Shown here piece by piece: positions 52,116 to 64,000 of a DNA stretch of 64,000 nt (positions are counted from its first letter, which is position 1; the number at the start of each line of letters is the position of its first letter). The translations under genes were made by a program, and so were the position numbers. Source of the DNA: Tubulanus polymorphus (Eukaryota > Animalia > Nemertea); assembly GCF_964204645.1 (NCBI RefSeq), contig NC_134030.1, positions 7,358,778-7,422,777 of the forward strand, given 5' to 3'. The notes below the pieces were generated by a model, which saw nothing but the letters and a program-made list of their open reading frames with translations, was not told the origin of the DNA and did not search any database.

Positions 52116-52150
52116 TATTATTATTATCATTATTATTATTATTATTATCA
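52049..52150. repeat. (ATT)n microsatellite, imperfect
   Basis: Read directly from the sequence. Confidence 0.93.
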
Positions 52151-54201
52151 ATATATATTTTTCCATTTTCAATGAACCTCAACTAGGGTGGCGCTAGAAA
52201 ATGATAGAAAATAAATCTCTTCTCGCTTTCAATCAATCATCAACAAACATAGATATTTGTTTGGAATATGACGGGGTCGTAAACATATTTTTTCCGTATT
52301 CAATAATTTTTCAATAGATCTAAAAACAGGGTTGTGCAAGGTCAGAATACAATCAAAAATATGACTGAAGCGACAGTTTACGTATGTCGTATGTCGTTTG
52401 TTGCGACAATATGATGTCCTCTTCATGTATTTTCGATAGCGTGTATATCGCGTGCGTGTATCGTTTATAAATCAAAACAGTGAAAATGTCATCCATTATT
52501 ACTCTATTTGCGAGTAGATTAAAATAGATCGATTTTTGCAGTCGATTTCATATTTACCAATTTATACAATTATACGGTAACCGAAACACCACCCAAAACC
52601 GACACCAATAACATTCGATCTATAACTGGAGGTGTGCTGGGAAATTTTTTTTTCGTGAAAGTGCGGCAATGAACACCTTTTTTTAAGCAGTGCATCATGA
52701 CACTATTCCCCTGTAACTGAAATGAGCTCTTTGCATTGATTGACTCAATATTTTTGTAATCGATGATTGAAAGTTTTGAGTGTATGATTTACACGTTTAT
52801 CGCGCCAATAATTTCAAATATCAATTTATTTGACCTCTGGCACATATAACACTTTTCCACTAAAAAGAGCCGAGTACTATCGAGTAGTATCAATTCACTG
52901 TCGAGTGTATAGTATTTGAGTATTTGAATACATCGAACATGTTTGACAAATACCAAGGGTAAATTTCACTTCTTTTCATAGCATTTCACACCTTTGTTGT
53001 AACATCGTGTTTATATAGGATTTCTTATATTTACCATCCAGCTATAGACTACATACGCTTCTTTCTACTACCTATAAGCATGTTTTCATAAGGAAGAACT
53101 GTCCTTTTGCGCTGGAAGATGTCGCGTAATTGTTATTTCTATCTTCTACCTAGTTTAGTTTTATACAAAGTTCTTCATGGGAGCAGGGTGAGTGGGGATT
53201 ATGGATTTTGAATATAGTTCAAAATAAGAGTATATTTTGGTTAGCATTTTATAAATGATCGAGGAAATATGATTGAACTAGGTTGCTACCTTTTCACTTA
53301 TTCTATTGTAGTAGTTCAGTAGATGATATTGATGACAGTTTATAGTTGAATGTATATAACAAGTTTAACTCACCAAGGCCTATACAAGTTTTAAAGTATT
53401 AAATGCAAAATCTATTACTCAAGAATTAAAATGGCAAAATTTAACGTATCTTTAATCGTTAACATTTTTAATTGTTGAGTAATAAGATTTCGCTATCAAT
53501 ATTTTTCAACTTATTATCTATTCTCCACATAAGAGTGTGGCTATTCTACTTGAATGTTTATGTATTTATTGGAATATTTCGACAGAGAAGTGCAATGTCG
53601 GCCAAGGGTCATATTGCTGCGAAAAATGTGGAAAACTGGGAAAATAATCTGGAAAATGTGAACAATCCTGGCAATAAGGATGTGAAAAATTAGATTTTGT
53701 TTAAAAAAAACATTTTGAAGGATGTAAAAAAATCCGAAAATTTCAGAGTGTATAAATCTGGTCCTGATCAGCTTTTAGGGCGATTGACCCTGTTCTGTGA
53801 CGGGCTTGTGAATGGGATTGGCTGGCATGCTTTATGAGAAGAACACAGCAGTATATCCCGGCGCGATGTTTCGGCTGAGTTCGTTCTTATGATCACCGAT
53901 GATTACTCGAAGTGATTGATCTGCCTGATCGTTCGATTGATTGATCGACTTCTGATAATCGGGTCGTAATTGACTCCGATTTTAGAATAACGATTATCAG
54001 ATAAAGACCTGTTGTAAATAAAAACACCCAATGCCGATTCAAGCATTTTTAGTTACGTTCTGATGATTTGAAATCGAGAAATTTTTTACTTTGCTATTTC
54101 CCCTCAATCTGCTGAGCGCTACTTGGGAATTATTTACAAGTTCAAGTTTTCTTCTTTCCGATCAAGGGGAACTAGACAAGAGAAGAATATGTGACTTAGG
54201 A

Positions 54202-54361
54202 ACCCTGTCGCCACCTGGATTCATTATCAACCTTAGATTGATATTTGACCAGTACGCCAGGCGATGGCTGTAACCATTTAGACCCTGCTGCCACCTGGAT
54301 TCAATATAACCCTGGATTGATATTTGACCAATGCATATATATGGCGATGGATGTAACCATT
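54202..54361. repeat. Tandem duplication, ~80 bp x2
   Basis: ACCCTG..GCCACCTGGATTCA.TAT.AACC...GATTGATATTTGACCA...GGCGATGG.TGTAACCATT occurs twice. Confidence 0.85.
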
Positions 54362-54442
54362 CTGTCACTGGATTATCCCTTTCTCAGTACTTACTGATCA
54401 TGACGGTTTATTTCTACTTGCTATAGATATTCCCTTTGTTAA

Positions 54443-54675
54443 CCCTATCAGTGTTGATTTATCAATACCCGAAAGTGTGTTGAATATTGGGCATACTGCT
54501 ATAATGTGTCTACACCGCAATGCGGTGAATTGTTAGTTACTAAAATTTCACTATGTTTAGTAGGCGCTGCCATCTTTCGATAGAGATAAGAACTAATAAC
54601 AGCAATAAACTGTATTGATCTAAGAAATTCCTATACCAAATTATACACCACACTGATATAGAGGCACTGAGAGGG
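54443..54675 (-). mobile_element. piggyBac-like MITE, copy 2
   Basis: TTAA|CCCTATCAGTG ... GCACTGAGAGGG; inverse homologue of 1942-2225. Confidence 0.7.
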
Positions 54676-55464
54676 AAATCAGTATTCGGCTATTGTGCCA
54701 CCCCTCCCCGCTCACGGTAGATAGATAAGGTTGAGTCGTTTTGCTTTAGTCAAAAGTTGTTCGAAACTAGTCGATCATCTTCTCGGAAGAGATAAATACC
54801 TTTCAAATTCTCGAACAGAATGTTGCAGATTGAGTTTTCGGTCGTACAATGGACGGAACGTGTGACGGTGAATAGACGTCGAGACTCGCGCAATCGAAAA
54901 TGGAGAAAATCGAATCAACGAACGAAGGGATAGAGCGCCGACGTTATCGTGAACGAAATTTCTTCAACTTTTTAAAACGACGAGACGAGCAACAGTTCGA
55001 GTAATGATTCTATACGCGATATCTTCACTTCCATACGAAGTTATTAAGACCAATTTCTCGAATTGCCTTTATTACCCAAACGAACGGGAATATGAAAACG
55101 CTCGCGCGCGCGGCCAAGGAGATGAGGTTTTTTTCCGCCGGAACGATTATCTATTACGACCGATCGACGAAATGCCTATTCGCGGCTGCAATGATTGCTG
55201 GGTAATTGATCGTTAACGAGACGATGCTAAGATCGACATCGTCGTCGTCGGGACCGAGGCGCCGATGCAATTATTATGCCATCGACGCCGTCCGGGACCT
55301 GATAGCCGATCTCACTCGCTCAGCCGACAGCCAGGGACGAGGTGTGCTATGCGTCAAAATTCCTAGATGCAACAACGACTAGAGTTCAGATATGATTTGG
55401 ATGAATCGTGAAAATAACTGGGATTATGACCATGGAGAATGAACCTTTGCCTGAAAAATTAAAG

Positions 55465-55809
55465 TTTATTGGTTCTTAGGCTTTTGGAGACCCTTATTCT
55501 TGTATTCCCTGTCCGTCTGTCTGTCTTTCAGCTGCTTAGCTTCGTTGGGATTGATCTTGATGAAAATTGGGTACAACATTATTTAGGGGGTCTTGTTATG
55601 CAGTGCAAAAAATTGGCCTAGAGCACCACCTAGTGGCAGATTGAGGCACTAGAAACTGACCGAGGAACAGGGTCGAAATATAAACAGTTGTCATGACAAA
55701 ATTTAGCTATAGGTTCAGGGACATCATTTCCAATGGGAACTAACGCATGGTAATTTCCGAGTTTGAGTTTGAGCCTGAGCCTGAGAACCGTTGTTGTCCA
55801 TGGCTTGTT
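55465..55809 (+). mobile_element. Helentron-associated element (HINE-like), copy 2
   Basis: Subterminal inverted repeat GGTTCTTAGGCT / AGCCTGAGAACC (11/12), GTCCGTCTGTCTGTCT tract and 3' ATGGCTTGTT. Colinear with 27072-27483. Confidence 0.75.
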
Positions 55810-58800
55810 CTATAATCACAATATCTTAAAAGGGTTTGGTTTATCCTTGAGTTGCCTCATACATGTAGGATAGAAATGTTTGATTATTGAAGAGATAATT
55901 TGTTAAATCATCCCCTTCAGTCGCATGATTGTTATATAGAGATTGCCGAGAGTTAATTGTATTTTTTCGGTGCTGGCTTTATCAAGAGGAATCTTCTGCC
56001 TGTTCTATCCATGTGACCGAATTGTTCTTTACATGATTATATTGACAAAATAAGGGGCTCTGGTTAACCCCCCTGTGGCAAAACCAATGCAGTGGAGTAG
56101 CTATGTATGGCTACGCTGCTGCTAAGTGAAAATCAGTGTACTCTGTATAAACCCCAATAGGGTATAAGAGCTGATTTATGTGTTATGCATGCCATCGGAT
56201 CCAATCACTCCCTGGAGTGAAATTTACCCGTGTTTTTACATCATTTACTCGCCGCGAAATCGGGTTAAATTATGATGTGGATCATGATGACATTTTTGGA
56301 TATATCGTCGTCTATTAATCTAAGCGATATCGCGTGGAAGAGAAAACTCATTCGCAGTCGGCGTCTCGTACACGCGCGCAGTCGCGGTAACCAATAAATA
56401 GCTGTTCATTTCTCGGGTCATTAGAAAAGAGAGAAAATGGTCCTGAGGGGCATCTGAAAACTCCTGAACCGACGCGAAGGATCATCTCTATATACCGTCC
56501 ATTTTAGAATACATCTATTTATTGTGTTTACTGTGGATCAATGTAACATAAAGATGTAACCTAAATCTAATTGACACTTTTCCACAGTGGGCCAATGCCT
56601 TATTTTGTAGCTGGGTGAGGTGCACATCTTCTGGTGAGTCACCACCCACAAACTTGTTAAACAAATTATTTTTCGGAGTGCATACTTGCCCAGTTTTGCC
56701 ATTTTACCTGTGCAGCCATCATCAATACTTTACAGCTATACTTGAGAATTGTTATGACTGTCCCCGTATGAAATAATGCTGAAAGAAAGGAAGAGTGTGG
56801 TTGTGTGGTTGTTTGACAATCAGTCAGCTGTGGAAGGCGCTGAATGAAACTCTATTAACTATTACGATTGCGCGCAGAAATTCCTGCGTATGCTTTAATT
56901 GGTGACATCAGCGATCTTACCATACATTCTTGTTGCATCGTGCTGATGAGTTTAAGAGCAAGATGATGGAATTTCTCAGCTGCGGCAGTTTGAGTCATAT
57001 AGCACCTCGGGCTCTGGGAAACAGATGAGATAGGACCTGTATAACACAGTTACGTCAATGTTATCAATGAGTAGTCAAATAGATCTATACAAGTTGTCTG
57101 TATTCTGTATACTGGAAAATATCTAAGTTCCCATTCCAAACACAGGCCCTCCTATCTATGCCATCCTCTTTGTTCTTTTCCACTTTTTATCCTCAGCTTC
57201 AATTTCTATGATTCGATCTTGGCCTCCATTACCTTTTCATTTCCTTTTTCCATGTCTATGATCCCTTTTCCTTACTCAATTTTCCCTGATATCATCATTC
57301 GACCTATCCTTATCCCCCTTAGCTTGGAGAAGAACCATTCTGACAATCTCCCCATTTCTTCCTTTCTGGACCCCCTTGTTATCCTTTCCTTGGCAGCCTC
57401 AACCTGATTTCTCTTTCACAGTATATCATTCCACTGGAGTATATGATATCCTGTATATTGGAAACATTGACTCAATACTGTCCACCCTGGAGGCAGTACG
57501 TTACATTATATCCTACGTCATGCTGCTAGGCTGATGGTCATCTATGTTTATTTCCTGTCTACGAGAATAGTTCTAGACACCGCTGCGTAATGATTGTCCT
57601 TCCAACGCTGACAAATTGATGTCATATTGTGTATCGGTATTTTCAATGTGACTCAATGTTAATCCCACCAGGTGTCCTAATCCCATCCCTGCACTACCCC
57701 TTCTTACAGCTTGTATCAGTCCGAAACTGCTATACTAAATCCTAACCACCTAGAGTATCTGCAATATCGATATCGGTTATCATCTTTTTTTTGTGGCATG
57801 TCGAAAATTTCCGGCTTAACAGGCTTCGCTTTGAAGTTGAATTCTGTCAAATTGACTTCAACGATTTTGTGATGAGCTCCCCGCGTAGCATAATTGTTCA
57901 GAACATCTTCGAATGGATGAGGAATGATAATATTTGGTACTTGAGCGATCGTCTGTAGTCATTGTTAGTGTATGGAACCTGATGATTAATACAGAAACAG
58001 GCTAAATTCAATATATTCAATGAATGCAGCAGTGCTATTTGTCTATGAATGAAATTGCCATTATTAGTGAGAACAATCGAAAACACAAGAGTATTTTGTA
58101 TCTTTGTGATCATTGTACAGCAGACCACCACCTGATATGTCCTAGCAGACAATATACTGGGTACTACCAATCAATCCCTATGTTAACCATGTTGTGGTGT
58201 TATCATATAACAATGGATCATCCCTCCTGGCAAGCTTTCATCTACTGTCTAGCAGAAATAATCCTAGAAAATTCAAATTTTACAAGGGCGTTTTTGGGAT
58301 TAGGGTAGATATGGCCTCGGGAAGGTATGGATGTATGATGATTTGGGCATGTAAGGAATAATCAAGTTGCATCATTTATTCGATTGGCGCTCTAGTTACT
58401 TGATCCAGAAGGTGATTATTGCCTGTATTCCGCTGAGGGTGTTCAGATTCAACTTAACTTCAATTGAAATTGAAGAATTATCTTGGAGAAATTTATACCA
58501 TAAGTATTAAACGGGTACGACTGAACAGAAAATACCTTAGCTGACGCGTTCTGCAACAACCCCCGCAGGACGACGGTTCACAAACCGATGTCGAATGTAA
58601 TTAAAGTTTAAAATCTTCAAATGAAATTGAACGTCGTCGTCGTCTTCAGGTTTTTCAATAAGACAAAACGACACGCGAGCCTCCGGGTTCGTTCATATCC
58701 TTCATAGGAAGCTTAGCATTCGTTCGGCAGACGGCTGTTACACTTCTCATTCCGGTGTCTAATGCGATTCGTCGCGATTCATTTTGTTTTCGGCGGAATA

Positions 58801-60738
58801 TAAATTCCAAAGAAACACCGTGTTCCATTGAACTACCGACAGTCGTTCTTCAGCGATGAATCGATGATTCCTTTGATTCGTGTTGTTTTCGAACAAATTG
58901 TAGAATCGTGTTTGAAGAGACACGAGAGTGCATTATAGGGTTCATGTAGACCTCAATATTTCGAATCGGATGGAAAAGCCAATGTGATAATGTTTAAGCT
59001 GTAACAGAGACTAAGATCTATGAATAGCATTTTTAAAACATCTTTTTAATCTAAGATTCATATCTTTCTGCCACCAGGAGTTGAAAGCAAAACATTTAAA
59101 CATTTTTCCCTCCAAAAGTTTCAATTTCAACTTGAGTTGACAGGAAAGTGGGCCAAGTGACCAGAAAATTTGGTTGGAATGAACTGCCTTATTGCTCGGA
59201 AACACCAAACAGATTGGTGTACCGTATATACGGTAGTTTGGGTAACTCGAATCTCCGCCAGATCTTGGGTAACATATATTTCGTAGTATACATGATAACC
59301 TGTGCTGTGGCTAGACTGCGTGGTGTTTGATTGGTAAACAGTAGGATTCGCTTGATATGATAGAAACGGCTAAAGACCTTTAATCCGTAACAATAACGAT
59401 ATTTGTGAACAAACATTTCCGTAGATATCCCGCCTGCGTGACCGGTTTGCGAATCTTGGCATTTCGACTCGGCGTTGCCCCGTCGCCAGCATCGAATATT
59501 CTAAAAGACAAAAGTCGACGGCAAACCAATGTCGCGATGGTTAATGTCTTATGAGCGCCATATTATTCTTGAAGACAAAACTTCGCCGGCCGCCTCGGTT
59601 AAATATTCATCGTCGAGATTCAGCACGGCGATAATTTAGAAACCTTTGCTGTATGAAACATTTAAGAATGCAATGCAACGTCTTTATCGATTTAATTATA
59701 TAGATGTTACCATATTGTCTCACACACAGGAATGAAATATTTATAATAGTACAACCGACAATGGATAGATAACCACTCTTTTGTCTGCGATGATGCAAAC
59801 TCTTGTAAAGGTACATACGCAGTTATACAGTTGTAGCTCAACAGTTGAATGCTTGATGAATGACAGTCCTGTGAATCTCTCTATTCAGGTATATGTGATG
59901 CCTTTACAACAGGGCGTTTCTGTTTGTCTTGACCTAAGGTTAGCAGTTTAAGGAATACTTGAAAATTGAATATCATGAAAAGCTATTCCGGTTGTATCTT
60001 AGAAAAGATGATGCAGAGTTGTGTTTCCGTTATCGATAACCCAGCTGATACATTGGGCACCCACCCCTCCTGCCATAGTGCAATCCTCTCAGATATCTTT
60101 GTAATCAAGTTTGTTGGGTTTCTTTCAGTTAACTTGCTGATCATTTCCATTGGATAATGATAGGCTCTCTAATTAGGCACAGGCCAAATCTGTGCCAATT
60201 TGGCCCTAGTCATATCGTCTCCGGGATATTGCGGTGTATGACCGCGTTATGAAATAAATAGCAACAGGTTTTTCATGCACGCATGTATGCACCCACAACG
60301 TATCACCAAAACAATGATCTCAGGAATGAATCATAATTAGTTTATCATTTCGTACAGTGATAAAAGGTTGCGTTTATACAGGAAATCGGTGGGATAGCCT
60401 GGAGATAGCCGTATTTCTTGCTGAGTCAAGAAGAGGAGGGATAGATAGGGACAGGTGTCATTAATACCACATAAACCACCGATAAACCTGTGCTGTATTT
60501 ATAGAGGTAGTCAGTGACTAATTCATTAACTGGTATTAGTTAGAGATTAAGACTTAATAACTGAGGGAATATGAGTGCGTGCAACAGTGAGTTCCTAGGT
60601 GATTTTCTACTCTACTGGATATTTTAAATCTAGAATCCTCCAGATTCTACGAAGATCTACAATGTTTTTGCGATACATGATAAACCATTCTGTAAAAGGG
60701 CAAATTTTGTCAAATACCATCATGAGTATATACTGATA

Positions 60739-60998
60739 CAGGCCCGTGCTGAGATTTTTTTAGAACAAGGGCAATTCACCATGAAAAGGGGCACTTTCCG
60801 ATTGGAAAAATGACGGATCTTGAATATGTACCTGAATAAATCATTTGTCAATGGATTACTTTTCATTTCCAAAAAAAAAACATGACAGTTGTATGCAAAT
60901 TTCGTAAAAAAATCTGGAATTATTTCACACTGACTTTTTTGATGGGCACTTTAGGGGTTCGTTCACAACCATCACCCCTCCCTCTTGGCAAAGGCCTG
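60739..60998 (+). mobile_element. hAT-like MITE family B, copy 2
   Basis: Termini CAGGCCCGTGC / GCAAAGGCCTG. Colinear with 10703-11007. Confidence 0.75.
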
Positions 60999-62788
60999 TG
61001 ATTAAGGGTTGATAAAGCCGTACCCTGTACCACAAAGGATGAGTCACGCAGGAGGGTGAACTTTAATTACAATGACATTCAGTCTGAGATTTAATTACCT
61101 GTCAACTGTAGTGCCATCAGACAACTGGTCATTGACACAGTGAGCGTGTACATATATATGGTACAATCTTATGAATAATTCAATGACCAGCGGAGAGTGA
61201 GAAAGATAGGAGAGATCAGATTAATAAAATCCTTCCGTTTTATTGTCATCACTCTCGAGTACAGCTACTTCTAGTCAAGATGTTGTGATTTCATTTGTGG
61301 AACATCTGAATAGTCGGCCGCATTATATTGTAGGTGCCTATACTACAAGACTTCTGGTTGGATGCAAATTGGATTGTTAGTTATAAAAAAGAGAAAGAAA
61401 AAGTTGAAAGGTTTTGATCGAACTATAAAGTGGCAATTGAGAGCCTGTTGATGTTCATAGTTTGGAAAAATTCATAGGTGAACCGTGGTGCAATTTTGAT
61501 TACGATAACTCTATCTTAAGAAATATCATCGGTAGATGGATAACCCCGAGAATGTCCTAATCTGTGCATTTGGAGACATCAGTTGGCAGCTTAGGATTGA
61601 CTTGATGGGTACCTAGCAGTTCGGCGCTTGAGTTTCGAAAGCTCTGTATCGTGTTTTACGTGTTGATTCATCCACATTTTGAGGAAATCCAGTTATATCG
61701 AGTATAGTAATGTCTATTAAGGGATTGGGGTAACGCTACTATTGCTACCGCGTGAAAGAGGAAGAAATGCGATTTGTAAATGCTCCACTGCTCGGCTGAT
61801 GTCTGATGGCATGTGACAGATTATTCCAATATTTCTGTCGTCGGCTACGCTGCGAAAGATTCCCATGGGCGAACGCGAGCCGGCGCGCTCTATGAACTTC
61901 GGTATATTAAAAAAGGAGTGTTCGATTCTGGTCGCCCGTCTTGCAAATAAAAACGCCCGTGCCTGGAGACGTTTTGAATTTAAAAGCCCTGTCATGACAA
62001 TCTAACGAGTAATGGCATTCGCGTTGCTAATATACGCACAACCGATACTATATGGGGGTTGGGCGTGAAACGATGGCAAGATATATATCGTTACCATCGG
62101 ATTATTGGGAAAAGCCACGTTGATCTCGTGAGATCCTCGCGCGGACCGCCGAACGCTGAACGAACACGAGATCTCTTTTGAGATCGCTGGCGGATTTCTT
62201 GGTTTTGTTGGTTCATTTAAATGGTTTATAATCACGCGAGGGATTCGAGGAATTTCTATACCCAATACAAAACTTGTAGAATTTCTGGAATATGCCTGCA
62301 CGCCACTTTATGAATACAACAAAATCACTTCTTTCAGTCATTTTTTTCCTTCTCTGGTTTCTTTTCGTAGACAAATATCTCGAGAAAAACCATTTGTGTC
62401 TCGATTTCCCTCAATCTTTTCGAGAACATTTTGTTGCTGAGTTTCAGAAATTCTGAGGAGAAAAAGCTCCTCTCACTTCAGACGTCCATAAAACGTTGTG
62501 GCCATTATCAGTAGCATTCTCTTCACAATATCGTCAAGAGACGCTGAACTGTTGAATAGATGGGCTGTAATATTCTAAATTGGCTGCTACGAGGAATTTT
62601 ATGGGGAAATGCTTTTCACGAAGTCATTGCTAATTAACCTTTTGTTGATCAAAATCGTTGATCTTTAACCGAACAAGGCGTGATTTCCCTTGAAAAATAA
62701 CTTCGAAGATAAATCGTGTCTGATATAGAACACTTTATTAACATAGGGTGTCGTATTGAATACATATAGTTTTTAAGTGATTAATAGC

Positions 62789-63071
62789 CAGGGTGGATCC
62801 AGAGGCAAATTTTGAAGGACTTGTCACACATCCCAAAAGGGCACTTTGATGTCCAAAAAGGCAATTGTATATGTATTCTTGCATTAGATGGGCCAGTTTT
62901 GAAGAACTTGTCACATCCCAAAATGGTACTTTGATGTACAGAGAGATAATAGGCCTATTAGGGATATTACAGCACTGAAATGCACCAATTATCTTTGTTG
63001 ACTAAATAGAAATGTGAACTCAAAAAAATTTGGACTTCTACAAGTTTCACAAGTCCCCCTGAATAGAGCTG
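62789..63071 (+). mobile_element. hAT-like MITE, degenerate
   Basis: CAGGGTGGATCCAGAGG start, internal duplication TTTTGAAG(G/A)ACTTGTCACA..TCCCAAAA, AAAAGGGCAC motif and CCCCCTGAAT end. Confidence 0.5.
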
Positions 63072-64000
63072 TTGTTTAATTCGGATCGAATAATCATTGA
63101 GCTAAATTGACCCCTGAATCTGATAATGAGTCGCTTGGTCTGAGTTTTATCGTTGAGAAAGTGTCATCGATAGTAAGTACTATTTACGCCTGAGGAAAGA
63201 TCTATTTAGTTTATTGAAAGCGACGGAGTCTCTCTCCTCGCTCTAAGACCTATACAGCCTGGTTTATGATAATGGTATCGAGCACGGGTTCCTTCAGGGA
63301 TAAACCATTATATTATATCTTCATTTGAAAGGTTTAGTTCCACGAGAATTGATTTGTGGTTTACCTAAATCGAATGGTATAAGGGGCTCTGTCTGAATTG
63401 ATCCTAGAAATCCTGAGCTGATAGCGGATCAGTACATGCAGGATTATTGTTCTGCCAGTTTTGAATTTAAGTCAAAGTATAGGTTATGTTTTCTTGATAC
63501 ATATTCTTCTACTTTAGATGAAATTTGAAAGTTAATGTTGATCACCATTAATAAGACACTATATCTGTGTTGTGATGATAATATAAAGTGAGTCCCGCTA
63601 TAAAAACAAAAAAATTACATCCAAAAATGTTTTTCTTTGTTTCGACTATATTCTAATGGTCATCCTCAGAAATACCGAACAAAGATGACTATCAGAATAT
63701 AGCAAGATTTACATTCTATGATGATTTTAATGAAACAATATTATGGGATTCTAAGTATTATACATTCTCAGATAGTTTTGCATCATTTACAGCTTAGGAA
63801 ATAAACAATTATCAATCAAAGTATATCTTTTTCTTTTGTCGAGAAATCGTGGACCAACAACGATGAGATGTTTCTTTTTCTTTGGTTGGGAATTTGCGGA
63901 CCCATTAGCATCCCATCCTATCCCCACTCGCTGTGTGGCCCGCCGATCTGAAAAAAAGACGAATAAAGTTCTCTCATTAGTAGAATCGATATAGATTCAG

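Noticed and set aside
49420-57440. Homology between the purine-rich tract ~49420-49640 and the pyrimidine-rich tract ~57140-57440
   Set aside because: The resemblance appears compositional; I could not establish a colinear alignment by eye.
62340-62515. Possible exon after a strong polypyrimidine/AG acceptor; also a donor-like GGTAAGT at ~39127
   Set aside because: No matching partner splice sites or recognisable peptide; such signals occur by chance in 64 kb.

Overview
This window is AT-rich, essentially non-coding eukaryotic DNA, most likely from an invertebrate animal (inferred from the repeat types). It looks like a large intron or gene desert. No intact protein-coding gene, rRNA, true tRNA or CRISPR array is supported; the supplied ORFs are short and mostly chance or microsatellite artefacts. 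The recognisable content is a dense collection of small mobile-element relics: PIF/Harbinger-like, hAT-like and piggyBac-like MITEs, two Helentron-associated (HINE/DINE-1-like) elements, 3' stubs of an RTE-clade and an L2/Crack-clade LINE, a tRNA-like dispersed repeat, and Penelope-type minimal hammerhead-ribozyme motifs. A 1.5-kb array of 66-67-bp units with a 199-bp higher-order repeat and many microsatellites are also present. The most interesting signals are (i) fold-back elements made of two back-to-back hammerhead-like motifs, (ii) a roughly kb-scale alternation of CpG-rich unique blocks and CpG-poor repeat-filled linkers, and (iii) CTCF-type motifs, two of them carried by a Helentron-like element. 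All alignments were done by eye, so boundaries of degenerate copies are approximate.
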